From: an uncultured Bacilli bacterium
GTDB taxonomy: Bacteria > Bacillota_I > Bacilli_A > RF39 > UBA660
Assembly: GCA_947627975.1 (NCBI GenBank)
Contig: CANQYB010000002.1
Coordinates: forward strand, 4,740 to 68,739
Direction of reading: 5' to 3'
Length of the DNA: 64,000 nt
Of the stretch, positions 61,973-64,000 are shown one piece after another. Position 1 is the stretch's first letter; each line of letters opens with the position of its first letter. The translations under genes were made by a program, and so were the position numbers. The notes under the pieces were generated by a model. It saw only the letters and a list, made by a program, of their open reading frames with translations, did no database searches and was not told the origin of the DNA.

Positions 61973-63208
61973 ATGAGGTTTATAAAAATGAAAAAAGATT
62001 TAAATAAAATTTTAAGTAGAACTTTGTTAACTTACACTTTTTTACTCTTCTTTGTGTTTATACTAAAAATAGCTGGATTTGATTATTTTGGTCTAGACAT
62101 AAATAACCCAGTTATAAAATCAATTGATGTTTTTGCAACTAGATTTCACTTGATAAATATATGGTATTTTATCACATTAACAATTTATTCATTTATAATT
62201 ATTAGTATTACTTGTAAAAATAGTGAAAAGAAAGTTTTCATTATATCCATAAGCATTTCAATTATTAATATATTATTAAATTATTTATTATTGAAACAAT
62301 ATTATAATGGAATTTTTAAAGTAATTTTTGATTTTGCGTTATTATTAACTGGATGTTTATTATGCAAAAGAGAAATAAAGTTTAAGGAATTGTTAAAAAG
62401 GTTTATAATAATGATTTTTTTAAATTTTATTTATCAGCTTATATCAATGTTAATAAGAAATTTCAATTATGTTAAAGATACAGATTTTATAAGTTCAATA
62501 TTGATAAATTTTGATTATATTGTAATGATGATAATTACGTATAAATTATATTTTATGAAAAGGAGAGATAAAAAATGGGTAGTTGGTTATTTTTCGGGCC
62601 TACTGACTTTATTAAAAAAGCAGTTAAAAGAGTTTCCAATAAAATTTTCAAAGACTAAAAATAAGGTAAAAAATACTAGCAATAAGGAGAAATTTGAAAC
62701 AAGTTTATATTTGTTTCTTTTCTTGCTTTGGAATATATTTCAAGTCTTTGTCGTATTATTTGTAGCTAAACTTAATAATGGTCTTACTGAATGTATATTT
62801 ATATTACTTTCATTTTGGATGAATAAAACAGTTTTTGGAAAAGCTTTTCATATGAAAAAAGCATCATATTGTTTTATAGTAAGTAATTTAGTATATTATG
62901 TTTTAGTAAGAATTTGTATATCCGTAAATATTTCGCTTTTATTTCCAATTATTTTAGGAGTTATGTTATCATATACTACTTCCTTAATTGTTAAATATAA
63001 TGAATTTAAACTATATAGAGGAATGCCTAAAGATGATTTAATTGCTCATTGTAAAATATGTAATTTAAATAATTATGATACACAATTAATGGTTGATTAT
63101 TATTGTAATAGAAAAACTGATATACAAATAGCAATGAAAAACAATTATTCAGTTGAAGCCATCAAAAAACAGAAAAAGAAAGTTAGAGATATATTAAATT
63201 CTCATTAA
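61973..63208 (+). CDS. Polytopic membrane protein with a C-terminal sigma-70 region-4-like HTH
   Basis: About eight hydrophobic segments. The C-terminal ~55 aa, YDTQLMVDYYCNRKTDIQIAMKNNYSVEAIKKQKKKVRDIL, fit the r4/LuxR-type HTH pattern. Confidence 0.4.
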   Translation: MRFIKMKKDLNKILSRTLLTYTFLLFFVFILKIAGFDYFGLDINNPVIKSIDVFATRFHLINIWYFITLTIYSFIIISITCKNSEKKVFIISISISIINILLNYLLLKQYYNGIFKVIFDFALLLTGCLLCKREIKFKELLKRFIIMIFLNFIYQLISMLIRNFNYVKDTDFISSILINFDYIVMMIITYKLYFMKRRDKKWVVGYFSGLLTLLKKQLKEFPIKFSKTKNKVKNTSNKEKFETSLYLFLFLLWNIFQVFVVLFVAKLNNGLTECIFILLSFWMNKTVFGKAFHMKKASYCFIVSNLVYYVLVRICISVNISLLFPIILGVMLSYTTSLIVKYNEFKLYRGMPKDDLIAHCKICNLNNYDTQLMVDYYCNRKTDIQIAMKNNYSVEAIKKQKKKVRDILNSH

Positions 63209-63514
63209 TAAAACGTATAAATATCGAGATTGATTTTATCAATCTCTTTTTTATTATATTAAAATAAAAATTTTTTAAAATTTAGTTAAAAATATTGATA
63301 AATTTATTATGACTTTTAATTATACTTTTTTACACTTTTTATAATGTATATTCGACTGTGCAAATAGAAACTTTTTTGTTATAGTTTGCTGTTTGTAGTA
63401 ACTAAATTTTATTATACGGTAATATCTTTCTAATGTCGGAATTTGACGAACGATTTTTATTGATAATAAATAGTTAGGTTATTAAAATAAAATTGTATCG
63501 AAAGGAGTGAAAAA

Positions 63515-63730
63515 ATGTTAGAAGGCCGTGTAAAATGGTTCAATAACGATAAGGGATATGGTTTTATCGAATGTAAAGATTTTGATGACATCTTTGTACA
63601 TTACTCTGTAATAATAAAAGATGGCTATAAGACTTTAAAAGAAGGTATGACTGTAGAATTTAAACTTATTGAAACTGAAAAAGGTTTGCAAGCTATTGAT
63701 GTAAAAGAATTACAACCAGCTACTATTTAG
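63515..63730 (+). CDS. cspA: Cold-shock protein (CspA family)
   Basis: GRVKWFNNDKGYGFI RNP1 motif; about 70 aa; a long AT-rich 5' UTR is typical for csp genes. Confidence 0.9.
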   Translation: MLEGRVKWFNNDKGYGFIECKDFDDIFVHYSVIIKDGYKTLKEGMTVEFKLIETEKGLQAIDVKELQPATI

Positions 63731-63777
63731 TAGTTTTTTTTCTTTTTATTTGTTATAATTAAGTTGGAGGGATACTT

Positions 63778-64000
63778 ATGAAAATTAATATTCGTGGGGA
63801 TAAAATAAAAATTACCCAAGCAATAAAAAAACATGTTGAAGATAAAATTTCAAAGTTGGATAAATATCTTGAAAATCCAAATAATGTTGAAGTATATGTT
63901 TTAATTAAAATAAAAGGAGAAAATCAAGTTATTGAAGTTACAATACCAACTAAAAAATTTACATTAAGAGCAGAGGAATCTCATTCAGATTTATATGCTG
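63778..64000 (+). CDS. hpf: Ribosome hibernation promoting factor, N-terminal part (runs off the window)
   Basis: MKINIRGDKIKITQAIKKHVEDKISKLDKY is the characteristic HPF/RaiA N-terminus. Confidence 0.75.
   Translation, partial: MKINIRGDKIKITQAIKKHVEDKISKLDKYLENPNNVEVYVLIKIKGENQVIEVTIPTKKFTLRAEESHSDLYA

Noticed and set aside
1-64000. Possible Mollicute-type genetic code (UGA=Trp), given the extreme AT content
   Set aside because: All large conserved genes (ftsH, mfd, gyrA, gyrB, dnaA, the sigma gene) read as full-length ORFs in the standard code with no in-frame TGA needed. The sporulation gene set places the organism among endospore-forming Firmicutes.
1-64000. tRNA or rRNA genes, CRISPR arrays, transposases, integrases or prophage genes
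   Set aside because: No GC-rich cloverleaf-sized islands with GTTCGAATCC-like T-arms were seen. There are no short direct repeats interspersed with unique spacers. No ORF has transposase, integrase, capsid or terminase features. The only repeat family is the HA-gene tandem duplication.

Overview
This window is the origin-proximal core chromosome of a very AT-rich, endospore-forming Firmicute. The long ORFs read intact in the standard genetic code, so it is not a UGA=Trp Mollicute.

The replication origin lies at about 35.1-35.4 kb, between the divergent dnaA and rpmH genes. Consensus DnaA boxes, including an exact TTATCCACA, sit in that spacer. Almost every gene to the left of it is on the minus strand and almost every gene to the right is on the plus strand, so genes run co-directionally with replication.

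The left arm resembles the Bacillus yab/spoV region in rearranged order (in chromosomal order it begins with a partial cwlD-like amidase, then trxB, ftsH, tilS, truA). Its genes, listed starting from the origin, are:
- dnaA, dnaN, a ComK-family gene, recF, gyrB, gyrA, SRP RNA and tadA;
- dnaX, ybaB, recR, bofA, holB, yaaT (ricT), pth and mfd;
- spoVT, tatD, a 3D-domain protein and ksgA;
- yabG, veg, spoVG, yabP, yabQ, divIC, tilS, ftsH and trxB.

The right arm contains:
- rpmH, rnpA, yidC, jag, mnmE, mnmG, rsmG, a lone ParB/Noc-like gene, a class A penicillin-binding protein, argS and rpoE (RNA polymerase delta);
- prfA, prmC, spoIIR, an MntP-like gene and murA;
- an accessory-looking block with a GC-elevated leader, a membrane protein, an AMP-binding enzyme and a hybrid histidine kinase;
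- trpS, rpmE, rpiB, the clostridial-type spoIID / spoIIQ-like / spoIIID trio, two hypothetical proteins, a cold-shock protein and a partial hpf.

The most unusual element is an operon between ksgA and yabG at 9.3-13.7 kb. A near-consensus extended -10 sigma-A promoter drives a full-length group-1-like sigma-70 (regions 1.2-4.2) fused to about seven C-terminal helicase-associated (HA, PF03457-like) repeats. Two translationally coupled stand-alone HA-repeat genes follow; they arose by a roughly 95%-identical 706-bp tandem duplication, and one of them ends in a sigma region-4-like HTH.

Other points of interest:
- a ComK homolog sits in the conserved dnaN-recF slot;
- a complementary-degenerate ABC ATPase pair lies beside truA;
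- two copies of an 18-bp perfect palindrome sit downstream of gyrA;
- an unclassified GC-rich leader of about 360 nt precedes a membrane protein;
- a membrane protein downstream of spoIIID carries a C-terminal region-4-like HTH.

No tRNA, rRNA, CRISPR array, transposase or prophage genes were seen.
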